Source: Eledone cirrhosa (taxonomy: Eukaryota). From it: a stretch of DNA of 64,000 bases. Location of the stretch: NCBI GenBank assembly GCA_964016885.1, contig OZ024743.1:155310001-155374000 (forward strand), written 5' to 3'. The notes below the pieces were generated by a model. That model was not told the DNA's origin, did no database searches, and worked only from the letters and a program-made list of their open reading frames with translations. Positions 25,262-39,432 of this stretch are shown here, one piece after another (position 1 is the stretch's first letter; each line of letters starts with the position of its first letter). A program made the translations under genes and the position numbers.

Positions 25262-28200
25262 ATTGCTTTCTTTATTAACCACAAGGGTTTACATAAAGAG
25301 GACATTAAGGACAGTACAGCACAATACAGGAAGGTACAAAACGGCATTTCTGTGTGTAAAAAAAAACAAAAAACAGAGGATGTAAAAATAGAACAATGAA
25401 AACATTGCCCAAAGGGGGTGGGAGACTTCCGAGGGACATTCGTAGAGAAAGCCTATTAAAAAGCCACAGTGACCCTGAACACGAAGGCAAGTGCCTTCTC
25501 TCAGTTTTCCACCTTTAATTTACAGACACATACTCATAGCAGGCCCATTCACTCGGCCCATTCTTGCTTCTCTCACCCATCTTTCAACAAAATGCTGGGA
25601 AGAGAGAACTTCCCTCTCTACCCTGATTTTCCTTTTCAAATGAAATCTGAAAAAGTTAATCTGGGCATCACCGAAGTGGTAAGTGCTCGTCTTCAGCCGT
25701 TTCAAACGTGTCCACCATACTATCTCTTTCGCCATAGCCACCAGACAGATAAAAACTGCCTACCCTTCCCGGCTAAAGGAGGAGGGCGGGGCAATCCTCA
25801 CGATGGACTAGCTGATAGCTGCATCTGTCCTACACGGGACAGCAGGTGTTCGACATGAACCCACAAGTTTGCAATGCTCGGACACTGGACGAGTGCGTGC
25901 AGGACGATTTCGTCGCCCTGCGCGCATCTGGGACATGTCTGACTGACGGCACCTCCATGCCTGTAGAGTTTATCCCGAACGGCAAAGCTCCTCGGTAGCG
26001 CTGCCAGGCCAGGTATTTCTGGAAGTTGTCCATCGGCCCCGGCCCGAAAGTTCTTCCGAAGAGATTGGCTAGTTGATTTTCGTCGACGCCTAGCGTTTCC
26101 CCAAGTACGTCGTCGCTCTTCCTCTCCACTAATCTTCTATAGAACCCCAAGGTGGAGTTTCCACCGATCACATTGCCCGATTGGTCGAGGGCTGTTAGCT
26201 CCTGAAGACATTCCAGTCTCCATGCGCTGCCTCTCGGTCTTCGTTTCACCCAGGACTGCAGCTCCGTCAAGGAGACGACCTGGGGAAAGACGCGTCTAGC
26301 AAATGGCGACCACACCTGATCACTCCCGAGGAAGAGGTGGAAATGTCGTAGCCTGAGCACGTGTCTGCGCATCATCAGCCACGGCATGCCCAGCTGGATC
26401 TGTCGGGAATGGCGCATGTCTGCGCCTCTCCTACCAGGCCACCAACGACAAGCGCCAACCTCTTTGCTAACACCTTGGCCAAAATCTTGAACTCTGTGTT
26501 TAGCAGAGTTAAGGGCCTAACATTATCTATGTTATCCCCCTTGTTCGGATCCTTTCTCAGCAGCTCCACAGTTCCTCGGCTCACAGAACTGGGAATTCTC
26601 CCGTTCTGTTGCCAGTTGCAGTAGACGTCCGCCAAGAGGCCTCCGAACAAGTCTGGCATGTACGTAAATTTCGTAGGGCAGACCATCCTAACCAGGCGAT
26701 TTACCCCTTGTGCAGCCAGCCATTGCCTCCCGTACTTCAGCGGCTGTTATCGGATTTTGGCAACACTCCGCCTTAGTGGCCCAGAGTCGCGGCAGTTCGG
26801 CGATGTAGACACTAAAGTCCATCCCTCGATCTGGCCTGCCGCTACCCCCGAAATGTCATGCGAAGTGTCGCTGAAAAGCTTCACACATTTGCCCGGTATC
26901 GAGTAGCATGCGTCCGTCGTGGTCCACCAAAGACCGATCGTGGCTTTGTCGCCACGACGCACCTACGCCATTCGGGCCCATTGAAGGGCTTTCGTCCCCT
27001 CGTGTCTGAGAGCACGCATCCTAACTCTGACTGACAGCGCAGCCTTCGAGCTTTGAATTAAAGAATTGGTAAAAGGATAATTTCGCCGCAAATACGTCGG
27101 TCGCGATGCCTTTCCTAAGCGCCTCGTCTAATGTTCTAACTAGTTCTCCCTCTGCTCTATTTTTTCTCTATTACTAAAGCCTTACTAAACCTAATGGACT
27201 CTATTCTAATCGCTCTTTTCAGAGCAAACCACCACTTGTTGTTGACGATGGCCCCCGTCACTAGTTCGCTAATCCGGTCCCTGTAGGCCTTGCGCGCTGG
27301 TAAGGACGCGTTTAGCTTCCAGTAGCCGGGACCTCGTCTATGAAGCCTATCTAAGTCAAGCACACAGATCACGATCTAGATATGATCTGGATGACCCTAT
27401 GCGATTTGTCCAAGTCCACATTGGCCTATTCGGGAAATCCAATCGGTACCTGTCAGACAGTTCTATACGCCTGAGCAGGTTGGTGAGGCTCTTGCACCCC
27501 CCTCTCCTATCCGCTAATCCCACACAGTCCCAGTGTGAATTAAGATCCCGTTCCACTAAAGAGCGGGACGTTCCAGGAAAGGTCTCCAGACACCGGAAGA
27601 AATCAGGCCGCCCTACTACTTTTGGGGCTTAGACGGCCACTAGCCTGAAAGCTTGCCCGTCTCCGCTGGTCACGTCTAGCACCACCAACTTACCTTCTGG
27701 GTCCAGGAAGATGGCTCGAATGGCGAGATCCAAACCTCTCCGAAAAATCACAGCAACTCCTTCCCCCGATCAAGGACGGCTGGGTGATGCGTACACATCG
27801 TTACCGCCGAAAATCGGTGCGAAGGCCCGTGCATCGGAGATTCTGGTCTCGCTGATGGCCACTACATCTATGTTTAGTGACCAGAGGTTGTTGAGCAGGT
27901 GGCCCTGCTTCCATGACGACCCCAAGCCACGCGCATTTATGCTGCCTATTCTGAGTAAGGTCATGTTGAAATGGAGTGGAAAAAATGGGAAAGACCACTT
28001 ACCTTACTTCTCGTAGAGGAAGGATGGTTTCTCCATCCTTTTCACTGCTTCTGTCGCCCTCCGGAAGGATATCCTTATACATCCTCCTAGAGAGTACTTG
28101 TCAGAAGTCTCCGATGTCTTTGGGGAATTTTTGTTTTAGTGTCGTGTACGTTTTCTGTGTGATGCGAGTGATTATTATGTCTGGAGGTAGTGTGAACTTT

Positions 28201-30130
28201 GCGGTTGTTGTGTAGTCTTTTTCTGTGATGCTGGTGTTGAGTTGGATGTAGCGTAATAAATGGTTGTTGTTCAAATTTATTGCTATGTAGTGTGTATCGT
28301 TTTGGTTTTTTGTTTTGTTTGCGTTTGCTGTGGGTTTGTTTCTGTTTCGCATTTTGGTGACTTTTTTTGTGTTGGTGATGACGGTGTTTGGGTTAATGAT
28401 GGTGATGGTGTTGGTGTCTGTGGTGATGGGGTTGGTGCTGCTGGTGTGGATGGTGTCATAGCTGTCCTAATTTTTTTGTTTGATAGATTATTTGTTTCCC
28501 TGTGTATTTTGTTTTTGGTGGTGGAAGGAAGAGGTTTTTCTTTTTTGGTTTCTTTTTCTTTTTTTTTCTTTTTTCCTGATACCGTTTCTCACTCATCCTC
28601 GTCACAATCTGTCTCAGTTGCGGTAGGTCGCGGAGTGGAAGATCCTCCACGGGCATTGGTTTTGGTTGTGGCGTGGTGGATGGTGTAGGCGCTGATGCTC
28701 GTTCTGCCGCGTTGGGTGGTGATGTGTTGGTTTTGCTCCTGTTGCTGGGTTGTTTCTGTTACAGTTGCTTCTGTTGTTGCTACTACAGTTGTTGCTGTCA
28801 TTTCTGCTGCTGGTGGTGTTGATGGTTGAGTCACTGGGGTGGGTAAGAGAGGTGGCCTCAACCTTTTAGCCTGAGGGCAGAAAGCCCGTAGGTGGGTTCC
28901 TTCACCACAAACGACACACCTAGGCCTTCTGCCCTCGACGATCACGGTGAGGTGGCTGCCGTCAGTGAGGTCTATTACCTCTGGGATCTCCTCAATGCTT
29001 ATTTGGTCCGCTTGGATAAGGAGCTCCACCCCAGATCCGGACAAGTTCTCCTGCTTTTCTTTCGCTATTTCGATTATCTTGGTATTGGCCTCGATGCCGG
29101 CGAGGACGGCAGCCATTAGGCAGGAAATTTCGATGGCCATGGAACGTGGGTCAACATGATCTTCATGACTCTCTGGCCACAATAGCTTGGGACGAGTGTG
29201 AAGTCATCACTTCTTAATGGGGCCTTGGAGTGTTCTCTGGCCTCCTGTGGTGTTTCAAAGAAAACGTCCACGGTTCCATGTTTCTGCCCACGTCTGATGT
29301 GGGTATTTTTTTCCCACACATATGCCAAAGCTTTTTGGATTTGGGACATGTTCCACTCTGCGCGATTGTTTGTTAATCGTCCGATAAGACACGGTGCATA
29401 GGCGCCGATGCTCCTTTTTATTAGGTGTGTGTGTGGGGGGGAGGGGGGGGGTAAGGCTGACCTTGTACCCATCTTTCTTTACCATTTTTGTGACTTCTTC
29501 TAATTCCTCCTGAGTTACCTGGAATGCTTCGCACGTTTTTGCTGCTCTAGCAAAAGACAGGGTTTTCTTATTCTCATTGTTGCTGTTGTTGTTATCGTTA
29601 TTTTTGTTATTGTTAATTTTAGTTTCAATCGTGGTGGTGGTGGCGTCAGTGGTGTTCGGTGTGGAAGAGTTCATTTCGATATCACGAGATAATTTATTTT
29701 TTTCTTTTGTTTCTTTTGTCGCTGTGGTGGTGGTAGGAGTGGCGGCTTCATTACCTGCAGTCATTTGTAATGGCGGGAAATGAATGTCTGCTTGAGACAA
29801 ATTTAAAATATTCCTACTACTTATATTTTTAGTGTTGGCAAACGTAGTAATATTTGCAATGGTGGTGTCGATGTGACGTGTTAGTTTGTGAGGAAGGTGT
29901 GACACAGAGTCGTCCATGATTTTTCAAAGAAAAATTGTTTGTTTGATAATTATAAAAGTTTAAATTTTGGGCTCAAGGCCCCAATCTTTTTGAGTGTCCT
30001 TTTCAGAAAATAATGTATGTGTACGTATATACAGTTAACAATAACATTTTCCATAAATGTCAATTTTAAACAACTGTAAATAACAAAATTTTGCGGAGCT
30101 CACGATAATACGATTTACTACGTAGATTGC
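25262..30130 (-). mobile_element. Tx1/L1-like LINE copy C, both ends present, RT core deleted
   Basis: ORF1 pieces 29917 to about 28003 with CCHC knuckle RPRCVVCGEGTHLRAFCP; ORF2 ATG 27964 (IGSINARGL, DVVAISET), WTW..SYLDR, GPGYWKLN, VRPLTLLNTEFKILAK; (att)n at both ends. Confidence 0.9.
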
Positions 30131-30131
30131 C

Positions 30132-30166
<35 letters not shown>

Positions 30167-30167
<1 letters not shown>

Positions 30168-30206
30168 TGTTTCTACTTTAGGCACAAGGCCAGCAATTAC
30201 CAAGTG

Positions 30207-30210
<4 letters not shown>
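30167..30210 (-). mobile_element. SINE 3'-terminal fragment embedded in (TAA)n
   Basis: tgtttctactttaggcacaaggccagcaattac is the reverse complement of the SINE tail. Confidence 0.8.
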
Positions 30211-30252
<42 letters not shown>

Positions 30253-30255
<3 letters not shown>

Positions 30256-31011
30256 GGCTACAGAAGGAATGCTAATGGCTGCGCAAGAGCTCGCACTCAA
30301 AACGAAGTGGGTGAAACACCATATTTACAAGGAGGAGTGTAGTCCACTCTGTAGGATCTGTGGAGAGAGAGGGGAGACGGTGGCTCACATTGTATCTCAG
30401 TGTAAACACCTAGTCCTGACTCACTCTAAAGGCTGGAAACATGATGTGATGGGCAGGGCGATCCACTGGCACCTATGCAATGTAAACAATTTACCACATA
30501 CTGAAAAGTGGTATGAGCATAACCAGAGTCCGTGATAGAAAACGATCAGGTGTAGGTGCTGTGGGATTTTAGGATACAGACGGATAATAAACAGGAACAC
30601 AATAGTCCTGACCTGGTGGTTTTGGACAAGGAAAGAAGATCGTGCCTGATTGTAGATGTAGCCTGCCCATTTGACACGACAGTGCAAGAAAAAAGAGGGA
30701 GAAAATTAACCGATACCAAGACTTAAAGTGGGAGGTAAAAAGGATTTGGAACTGCCATGAAGTCAGAGTCGTCCCGATTGTAATAGCCGCACTATGTACT
30801 ATCTCAAAGAGTTCCCAAGGATGGTTAAAGAATGTTAGTCCAGCTCCGCTTTTTGGAACACTTCAAAAGGAAAGCTTGCTGGAAACAGCAAGAACCATCC
30901 GAACGTCCTGAATATCTGAGGCTTCAGGTAGCGGCTTGATATTCATTTCAACAAACTTTCCAGTTAATTAACATCAATGATTGAGCCTCAAAGAACAACA
31001 ATAATAATAAT
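30253..31011 (+). mobile_element. Dong/R4 family-1 3' fragment
   Basis: EGMLMAAQE..CRICGERGETVAHIVSQC, RLE remnant, 3' UTR and (taa)n; colinear with 22066-22830. Confidence 0.93.
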
Positions 31012-34000
31012 GATTTCGTTATTGGCCACAAGGGCTGACATCAAGAAAAACATTACAGACAGCACAGGACGTTGCAGGACGGTACGATGTGGGTTTTGTG
31101 TGTGTAAAGATTTTTAGTATTTATATAAGATAAAAAAAAAGACATAGAAACACATATATATATAAACAATAAAAATGAAAATTGAATAAATGAAAAATTC
31201 CCCAATAAGGGGGAAACCTACGAGTGTTACTCGTGGTGAAAACCACACGAAAGACCACGGCAATCTTGACCACCAAGGCAAGTGCCCTCCCTCAATTTTT
31301 CACCATTCCTCAAACTACAAGCGTATATTCAGAGCGGTACCGTTCACTCGAACCATTCTCGCTATATTCACCCACCTTTCAACAAACTTGCTAGAAGGCA
31401 GCACTTGCTTCTCCACTCTGATTTTCCTCTTCAAGTGAAACTTGACAAATTTAAACAGGGATTCGTCGAAGCGGGAAGTGTCAGTCTTTAACACTTTCAA
31501 CCTTGTCCACCACACAATCTCTTTCGCTATGGCCACCAGGCAGATGAAAACCGCCTGCCCTTCCTCCTCGAAGGTAGACGGCGAGACTATCTGCACAATG
31601 GACTATGTCGATCGGTCCTACACGTGACAGCAACTGTTCCACATAGCTCCACAAGTCAGCAATATTCGGCCACTGAACGAGTGCGTGCACGACAATTTCG
31701 TCGCCCTGCGCATTTCGGACAGACTCGGCTGACAGTATTTCCGTGCCTGTAGAGCTTAACTCGAACCGGCAAAGCTCCCCGGTATCACTGCCACGCCAGG
31801 GATTTCTGGAAGTTATCCATAGGCCCTGGGCTGAAAGTTCTCTGGAAGTTAGCAAACAGATGATTTTCTTCGACCCCCAGGATCTTTCCGAGAAGGTCGT
31901 CGCTCCTCCCCTCCTCTAGTCCTCTATAGAACGCCGAGGTGGATGTTCCACCGATACTTGTGCCCAGCTGGCAGAGGTCGGTGAGCGCCTGGTGACATTC
32001 CTCGGTCTTTTCCTGACCAAGGGCTGCAGTTCTGTCAAGGAGGCGAGCTGTGGGAAAACGTGCCTGGCAAACCGCGAACACACCTGTTCACCATCAAGGA
32101 AGCACCAGAGATGTCGCAGCCTCAGTGCATGTTTGCGCATAATCAGCCATGGCCTGCCTAGTCCTCCACGCAACGGGTGTTGACAGCAGATGAATCGTCT
32201 GACAATGAGAGCGCGTCCCTTCCACAAAAAGCAAAAGAAGAGGAGCTCCATTTTGGTGAGAGCTGGGCCGGGGCATCGGACGACTGTGAGGTGGTAGCAG
32301 ATGACGGATGCGATGTACGCATTCGCCACCTCTGACCGTCTTTTCAGTGACAGCTTCCTCTCGGCCCATTTCTGGGTGAAGGAGGCCACCCTGCTCGTCA
32401 CCTCGCTCCAGTTTTTCTCCATCTGGAGGTCCGGTACGAACCAGATACCTAGCAACGCCCCCTGACGCTGTCGGATTGCATGAACTTGCCTCTCCAGGTG
32501 CCGAGCTGCAAGACCACCGACATCTCCTGGATTATCCTTGCTCTTGTCACCGCTTCGTATTCCTTGAGATCGATGACGAGCATCTGGACGTTTCTGGTGC
32601 ACGACAGGACCACGGTGAAGTCGTCGGCTTAAGCCGACTCGGATTTCCCGCATCCTAGTTCACGTGGGACGCCCCTCATCGCCCCCTGTTTGCGCAGTAA
32701 CATCTCGAGATCCGATACGTACAAGAGGGACTAGGAGACAACCATGGCGTACCGAGCGCATGATGTTGAACGACTGCGAGAGGTGACATTCACCCTCACA
32801 ACTGAGCAGATGTTGCTGTACATCCCAGCAATCCAACCCCTGAAAACGGGTCCGAAACCAGCTGCCTCGAAGACCACCGCCAGGTACCGATGGTCGACCC
32901 TATCAAAAGCTTTGGATTGATCCAAGTTGATCAGGGCCCGATCCGTCCCAGGCTCCTTAACCACCCTCTCTGCGATGTATCGCATGAGGTGGAGGTTGTC
33001 GTGTATGGATCTGTCTAGAATGACGCATGTCTACGCCTCTCCCACCAGAGCCTCGATGACAAGCGCCAACTTGGTTGCTAATACCTTGGGCAAAATCTTG
33101 AACTGTGCGTTTATTAGAGTTATGGGCCTGAAGTTATCGATAACATCCCCCTTGTTCGGGTCTTTTCTCAGCAGCACCACCACTCCCCGGCTCACAAAGC
33201 TGGGAATGCTCTCTTTCTGCTGACAGTGGCAGTAGACGTCTGCCAAGTGGTCACCGAACAAGTCTGGCATAAATGCATAAAGCTCGTAGGACAGACAATC
33301 CAAACGTCGCGATTTACTCCTCGGACAGTTAGCCATCGCTTCCACGTATTTCACTGGCTGTTAATGGCTTCTCGCAACTCTGTGCTGCGGTCGTCGAGAG
33401 CTGAGGCAGTCCGTCGAGGTATGCACTGATGTTCATATCCGATGCGGCCTGCCGCCGCTCCCGAATAGTTGAGCAAATTTCTGTTGAAACGCCTCAAGCC
33501 ATTGCTCGGGTTTGTTGAACACGCAGCCGTTTTTGTCAGACAAAGACCGAATTGTGGCTTTGTTCCCACGTCGCGCCCCTGCCACCCGGGCCCATTGGAC
33601 GGCTTTCATTCCCTCGTGTTTCATAGCACGCGCTCTAGCTCTGACAACGCAGCCTTCGTGTTTTGCGTTGAAGAATTGGTCGAGTGCCAATCTCGCCGCA
33701 ATCACGTCGGTTGCGATGCCTATCCTAAACGCCTCTTCTAGCTTTGTGACTAGCTCTCCCTCTACTCTATTTTCCTCTATCACAGGTCCTTTTCTAAACC
33801 TAATCGACTCTACTTTAATTGCCCTTTTCAGGTCAAACCACCATCTGTTGTTGACGACCGCTCAGCTCAGCGCCCGCTTAACTAATACGCTAATCCGGTC
33901 TCTGTAGGCACTGTGCGCCAGGAAAGACGCGTTGAGCGTCCAGTAACCAGGTCCTTGTCTATGAGGTCTGTCTATGTCGTTCTCGCAGATCACAAATTTG

Positions 34001-34815
34001 TGGTCTTTGTAGTCGTCTATTTTAAATTGTGGACAACCTATACTAGCCTTATCTGGTTCCCTGCAGAATACCCTATCTAGATACGATCTGGATGACGCGA
34101 TGCTGTTTGTTCATGTCCACATTGGCACATTTGGGGTGATCCAGTCGATACCTGTCAGACAGTTGAAAACGTCTGAGCAGGTTGGTGAGGCTCTTGCACG
34201 CTCCTCGCCTATCCACTAGCCCCACACAATCCCAACGTGCATCCAAGATACCGGTCCAGTCGCCCACTAACACTAAAGAGCGGGACGTTTCCAGAAAGGT
34301 CCCTAGACGTCTAAAGAATTCTGGCCGTCCTATCCCTGTCGGGGCATAGACGGGGAATGGCTACTAGCCTGAAAGCGTTGCCTTCGGAGCCATTCACGTC
34401 CAGCATCACCGACTTACCTTCTGGGTCCAGGAAGATGGTCCGTATGGCGTGACCCAAGCCTTTTCGAAACAACACAACCACTTCGCTCCCCGCTCCCGTA
34501 ACCGTCGAAAATCGGTGCCAAAGCTTGCGTTTCGGAGATTCTCGTCTCGCTGATGGCCACGACATCTATGTTTAGTGACCTGAGGTCATTAAGCAAGTGA
34601 CTCTTACTTCCAAACCGAGCTCAAGCCACGCACGTTTACACTTCCGATCCTGAATACGGCCATGTTGGGTGAGGAATGGGGCAAGTGAGAAAGGATCACT
34701 TACCTTCATCGTCTGGTGAAGCGTGCGGTGAACCGTCCCTTCGGCTTGTCGTCGGCTCTTCTGTAAGTATATCCGTGTATACTCTCCCGTTGAGTGTCCC
34801 TCCTAGGTCTCTGAA
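31012..34815 (-). mobile_element. Tx1/L1-like LINE copy D (ORF1 tip plus decayed, nearly complete ORF2)
   Basis: ORF2 ATG at 34663; DVVAISET, LVGDW, NFRPITLINAQFKIL, LINLDQSKAFDRVDHRYL, WWTRLK; 3' end gcccttgtggccaataacgaaatc(att)n. Confidence 0.9.
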
Positions 34816-34816
34816 T

Positions 34817-35412
34817 TCACAATGGCTTACACAAATATAACATTAAGGACAACACAGGACAATACAAATGGGCATTTCTGCGTGTAAAAAAAACAAAAAC
34901 AGAGATTGACGAAACAATGAAAAATTCCCAATAGGGGTGTGACCTCCGAGGGTTACTGGTGGAGAAAGCACACAATAAAAGTCACGGTTACCCTGACCGC
35001 TAGGGCAAATGCCCTCTTTCAGTTTTCCTCCTACAATGCTACAGGCACACGCTCACGGTAGACCCATTCAAACGGGCCGTTCTTGCCTCTCTCACTCACC
35101 TTTGAACAAACTGGCTGGAAGTCAGCACTTCCTTCTCCACCCTGATTATCCCCTTCAGGTGAAACCTGAAAAAGTTAATGAGGGCTTCACACCGAAGAGG
35201 AAAGTACGGTCTTCAACCCTTTTAGACGTGTTCACCATACAATCCCTTTTACCATGGCCACCAGGCAGATAAAAACTGCCTGCCCTTCTTGGCTAAAGGA
35301 AGGCGGCGGAGCAATTTTCACGATCGACTCAGCTGATAGCCGGATCCGTTCTACACGTGACAGCAGGTGTTCGGCATAAACTCACAAGTCAGCAATGCTC
35401 GGACACTGGACG
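34817..35412 (-). mobile_element. Tx1/L1-like LINE 3' fragment (copy E)
   Basis: Reverse complement closely follows 10030-10600 (C-terminus and 3' UTR). Confidence 0.88.
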
Positions 35413-35415
35413 ACT

Positions 35416-35450
35416 GATAATAATAATAGCAATAATAATAATAATAATAT

Positions 35451-35481
<31 letters not shown>

Positions 35482-35525
35482 AAGAAGAAGAAGAAGAAGA
35501 AGAAGAAGAAGAAGAAGAAGAAGAA
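35416..35525. repeat. (TAA)n-(GAA)n compound microsatellite
   Basis: Directly visible. Confidence 0.98.
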
Positions 35526-37894
35526 TCGATAAAACCTAATTGCGTATATTTTAGCATAGATGCAATACAGTTGAATGTATACCAGATGGAAAGAATGAGT
35601 ACAATGAAATTCTTAGTGACTGTATGTGTAATTCTTTCTGTATTTTGTCTAAACAAAATAATCTTTCATCTCTCATAGATTATTACATACTTCTTTCATT
35701 CAGGAATATATTGCATTCATTTAATATCACACTCTCTTTTAGTCGATATTATGCATTTGGTATAGTGTTGTTGTATAAACAAACCTACAAAGAACACCAA
35801 ATATTTCAGCTAAAAGTGTCTAGTTGACTCGTATCTGTTTCTGAGTTTCAATTAAATGATATGACAAAAAGAAACTAAACGCCTTGCTATGTAGGTTTAT
35901 AGTAGACATTATGCGCCAGTAATTTTGCCGGCCCTTTCTGATTGATAGAATACATTTTATTGTATTGGGATTGGGCCTGTATATGTTGATTCCTTCCGAA
36001 AAATACATATAGAAAGGAGACATAAACAACAACACAGAGCTCTGTGTATGTGGGATTTTTAGAAATAAATTATTGCTAGATATCATGAATGATAATAAAG
36101 CGTAGAATAAAACGACGTAGTTATTGTGTTATTAGCCGATTATCAATTGAGAAGATGTATACGGGGAAAACACACAATATTGTGTCTTTGAACAAGCTGA
36201 AAGAGAATATCCATGGAGAAATACTTTTTTCGTTGTTTAGTAAGACATCATCCCCGATTAAGCATAGTGTGCATCGGTATTCCGATCTGATTGTTCTTTC
36301 TTTTCAGGATATCGCTGAGCACGACATCGTAATAATAGTTTTCTATCTTTAATGACAACATAATGAATTTCATGAAAATGTATGTGTTATTTCGTACAGG
36401 ATGTGACTATACAGCTTCGATAATTGTGAGGTATTTAATCATACTTGTTGTGTTTAGTCTCTCGCTAGAGAGTGGTTTTTAGAAATATGTGTTTTGCAAA
36501 ACGTGTATCAGTTATGGATTCCTGATATTTGGAGAGGAATCTTGTATAGGTTACAGAAATTAACCTAGTGGCCTGCTTCGTTATGGTACCATAAGAGTTA
36601 TTGTTATTAAGAACCAAGCAGACGGGGTATATAGCATAAACATGTTGCTCAAAAATTAATAGAATACTTGATAGTTAGAGCTCGGTTGACGCCATACGAA
36701 AAACGTATGTATTCCATCAGCAGGAGATTTGGGGCGAGGGGAGGATGTGATTATCCACTCAGAATTGGCGTTTGTGATATTAGAGAGAAAATATGTTTCC
36801 CACAAAGTCAAAGGTTCTGGAAATTACAGCTGTAATATAAAGAAATGTACTGAATGGAGCTGAACCAAAATAAATTGGCTGTAGCTGTGAAGAGAGGTAG
36901 TTTGAATATTGTATTTGGACTGTATATGTGCTCAATGTAACATTTGAATTCTTAGGCGTAGTTTCATATTGCGCAGCTTCAGCGAGATGTCCCTTTTCAT
37001 GAATATATATGGCACATTCACATATTTGAATAGATCTGAATGATTTCCGTAGAGATTTAAATGTCCCCAAATTTGGCAAAATAAAATGTAATTCGACAAT
37101 ACACAATTCAATAAAATAGAAGCGTATATCATCAAATGTGTCACCCAGCAGAAAACATTCGTAACGGATATTTTTGTTGAAGACCGTCAACAGGAAATTG
37201 TAAGGAAAATGGGATACAAATATAGAGATTCTGTCTGCCGTTGTATTACGTACGGTACACTAGACGCTAGTCAGAGGAGTATGAGCTCTTGCACATTTAG
37301 ACTAGATCAGTTTGGCATGTGTCTCCAGTTTGCCAGCGCATGAATTGTCAATGTAAATACCACTATAATCTCTGTTGCTCAGAACATTAGGGGTGAAAAT
37401 ACTTTATATATATTTCTTAAATCATCTGTGTATGCAGTATTACTAATGTACACATATATACATATTGTCATGTTAATATGTGTCTGGCCTGTGTGTGTTT
37501 ATTGATATGTGTCTCTGTGTTCGTATTTGTGCCTTTGTTATTAATTGGGATGTTTATACATGTATATATATATATATATATACAAACAGGACTAGCCCAG
37601 CCTATGAATTCAGATTCACATATTCAGAAGACATATGGCCAATGTTTATATATACCTATCATCTAAAAAACCCAACGAACCCTGTATATTTTGTAGAATC
37701 TTCAGACTGAAGAGCTGATCGATAAAGGTGTCGATTCCAATTTTTACATGGACCACCATGAGCCAATCCTCTAAGAAACACTTGTAGGAGGTCAATATAC
37801 AATGAAACATAACAACATGCAAACGAAACTTCATCGTATTTCTTTGTCTTTCTCTCACTCTTTCTCTATCTCACCCCCTCTCTCTAGTATATAT

Positions 37895-38379
37895 ATACTA
37901 GCCGAACTCCCACGCTTTGCTGCGTTTCACACATATTTTTTGTAAGATAATCATAATTGATTTTAGATCAGTGTTATAATTTATGGAGAAAACCTTTGCA
38001 TTTCAATATTACTCAATGTAAAATGTAATGCATGAAAAATTTGAAAACATTATTTTTTGTAATATATCAAATCAAAATTACGTTATTAGATATTATTCTT
38101 ATTCTGTTTCTTGTAAATATTTCTTTTTTAAATATCGGTTGAATAATTTTGTGGATAGGCATCATATCTTGTCATTTACCTATGGTTTAAATTTCATATA
38201 AAATCGAAGGGAAAACATTTTCAGCGGGCATTTTGTGCCCCCTGGAAACTCTTTGATTAATATAAAATATACTTATCCAGGTACCCTGGGCAATGTAGTT
38301 TCAAAATATGTATGAATATTGGGGTCTATCTCCAAAACCATAAGAGTAGTTCGTTAAAAAACACACATACAGGAATACA

Positions 38380-38427
<48 letters not shown>

Positions 38428-38428
38428 A
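37895..38428 (+). repeat. Non-autonomous Helitron/Helentron-like repeat
   Basis: Starts atactagccgaactcccacgctttgctgcg and ends caactttatatata; resemblance recalled, not verified. Confidence 0.3.
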
Positions 38429-38489
38429 TCAATGTGGAGGTTATTTCTCCCTAATATATTTGGACATCTCAGAGAAACATTTCAACTTA

Positions 38490-39250
38490 CTTAAATTAAG
38501 CCGAAATCTCATATAATGTATCAAACAGGAGTTTCTGGAATTAAGAAACAATACTAATTATCTCAATAAATTAAAACAAACAATATTGGAAGAATATTCC
38601 GAATATCGGGTGAAATCTTATGGAAATCGACCGATTTTTGATAATATAGCATACTAAAGATTTCGTTGTCGAAACAGCATGATGTCCTCGTCAACGTGAG
38701 TCATTCAACTACTAAAGAAACATTTTTCAACCTCTATATATCAGGAGAATTTGACAGGCATTTAATAGTGGAAGAGACGAGGCTCCAAAACCATTTTAAA
38801 TCTACTCTACAGTCAAGAAGTACCGATTAGGAGAGAGCGACAGCCATTTAATAGTGCTTGTGATAAGACGCTAAAACCGTTCTGAATCTACTCTACAGTC
38901 AAGAAGCACTGATTATGAATCAGGAAATTATTTGTTTTAAATGATAATCAGACATCTCAATTCAATGATGAATATCATCTGAGTATTTAAATATAACCCA
39001 CCTAAGCCAAAATTTTGAATGGGAGATAGACAGTCAGTTTCCCTTTGCAGGTTCCGCAATTACGATGCAATACTAATTTGATCAATACATTACGTCAAGG
39101 AACAACGGAAGAATATTCCGTCTTCCCCCAAATCTCTCAGTGCAAAGGGAATTTTCTTCCAATGCTTGTTGGTTTAAATTATTGAGATGTTATTTCTTGG
39201 TCCCAGAAACTGCAGATGGGGACAATATATGGGTGAAATCGTCTTAACTG
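38490..39250. repeat. Old element with degenerate terminal inverted arms and an internal tandem duplication, bounded by (AT)n
   Basis: gtttctgg..aagaaa..atctcaataa..attggaagaatattc (38531-38599) mirrors 39149-39212; aatctactctacagtcaagaag occurs twice (about 38800 and 38885). Confidence 0.6.
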
Positions 39251-39291
39251 TGTTTGTCTAACTTATATACACCAATCGATATACATACACA

Positions 39292-39432
<141 letters not shown>

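Noticed and set aside
38660-39100. Minus-strand hammerhead-like fragments (ttgacgag..., gaaactgactgtc)
   Set aside because: Cores and stems could not be assembled into a valid fold
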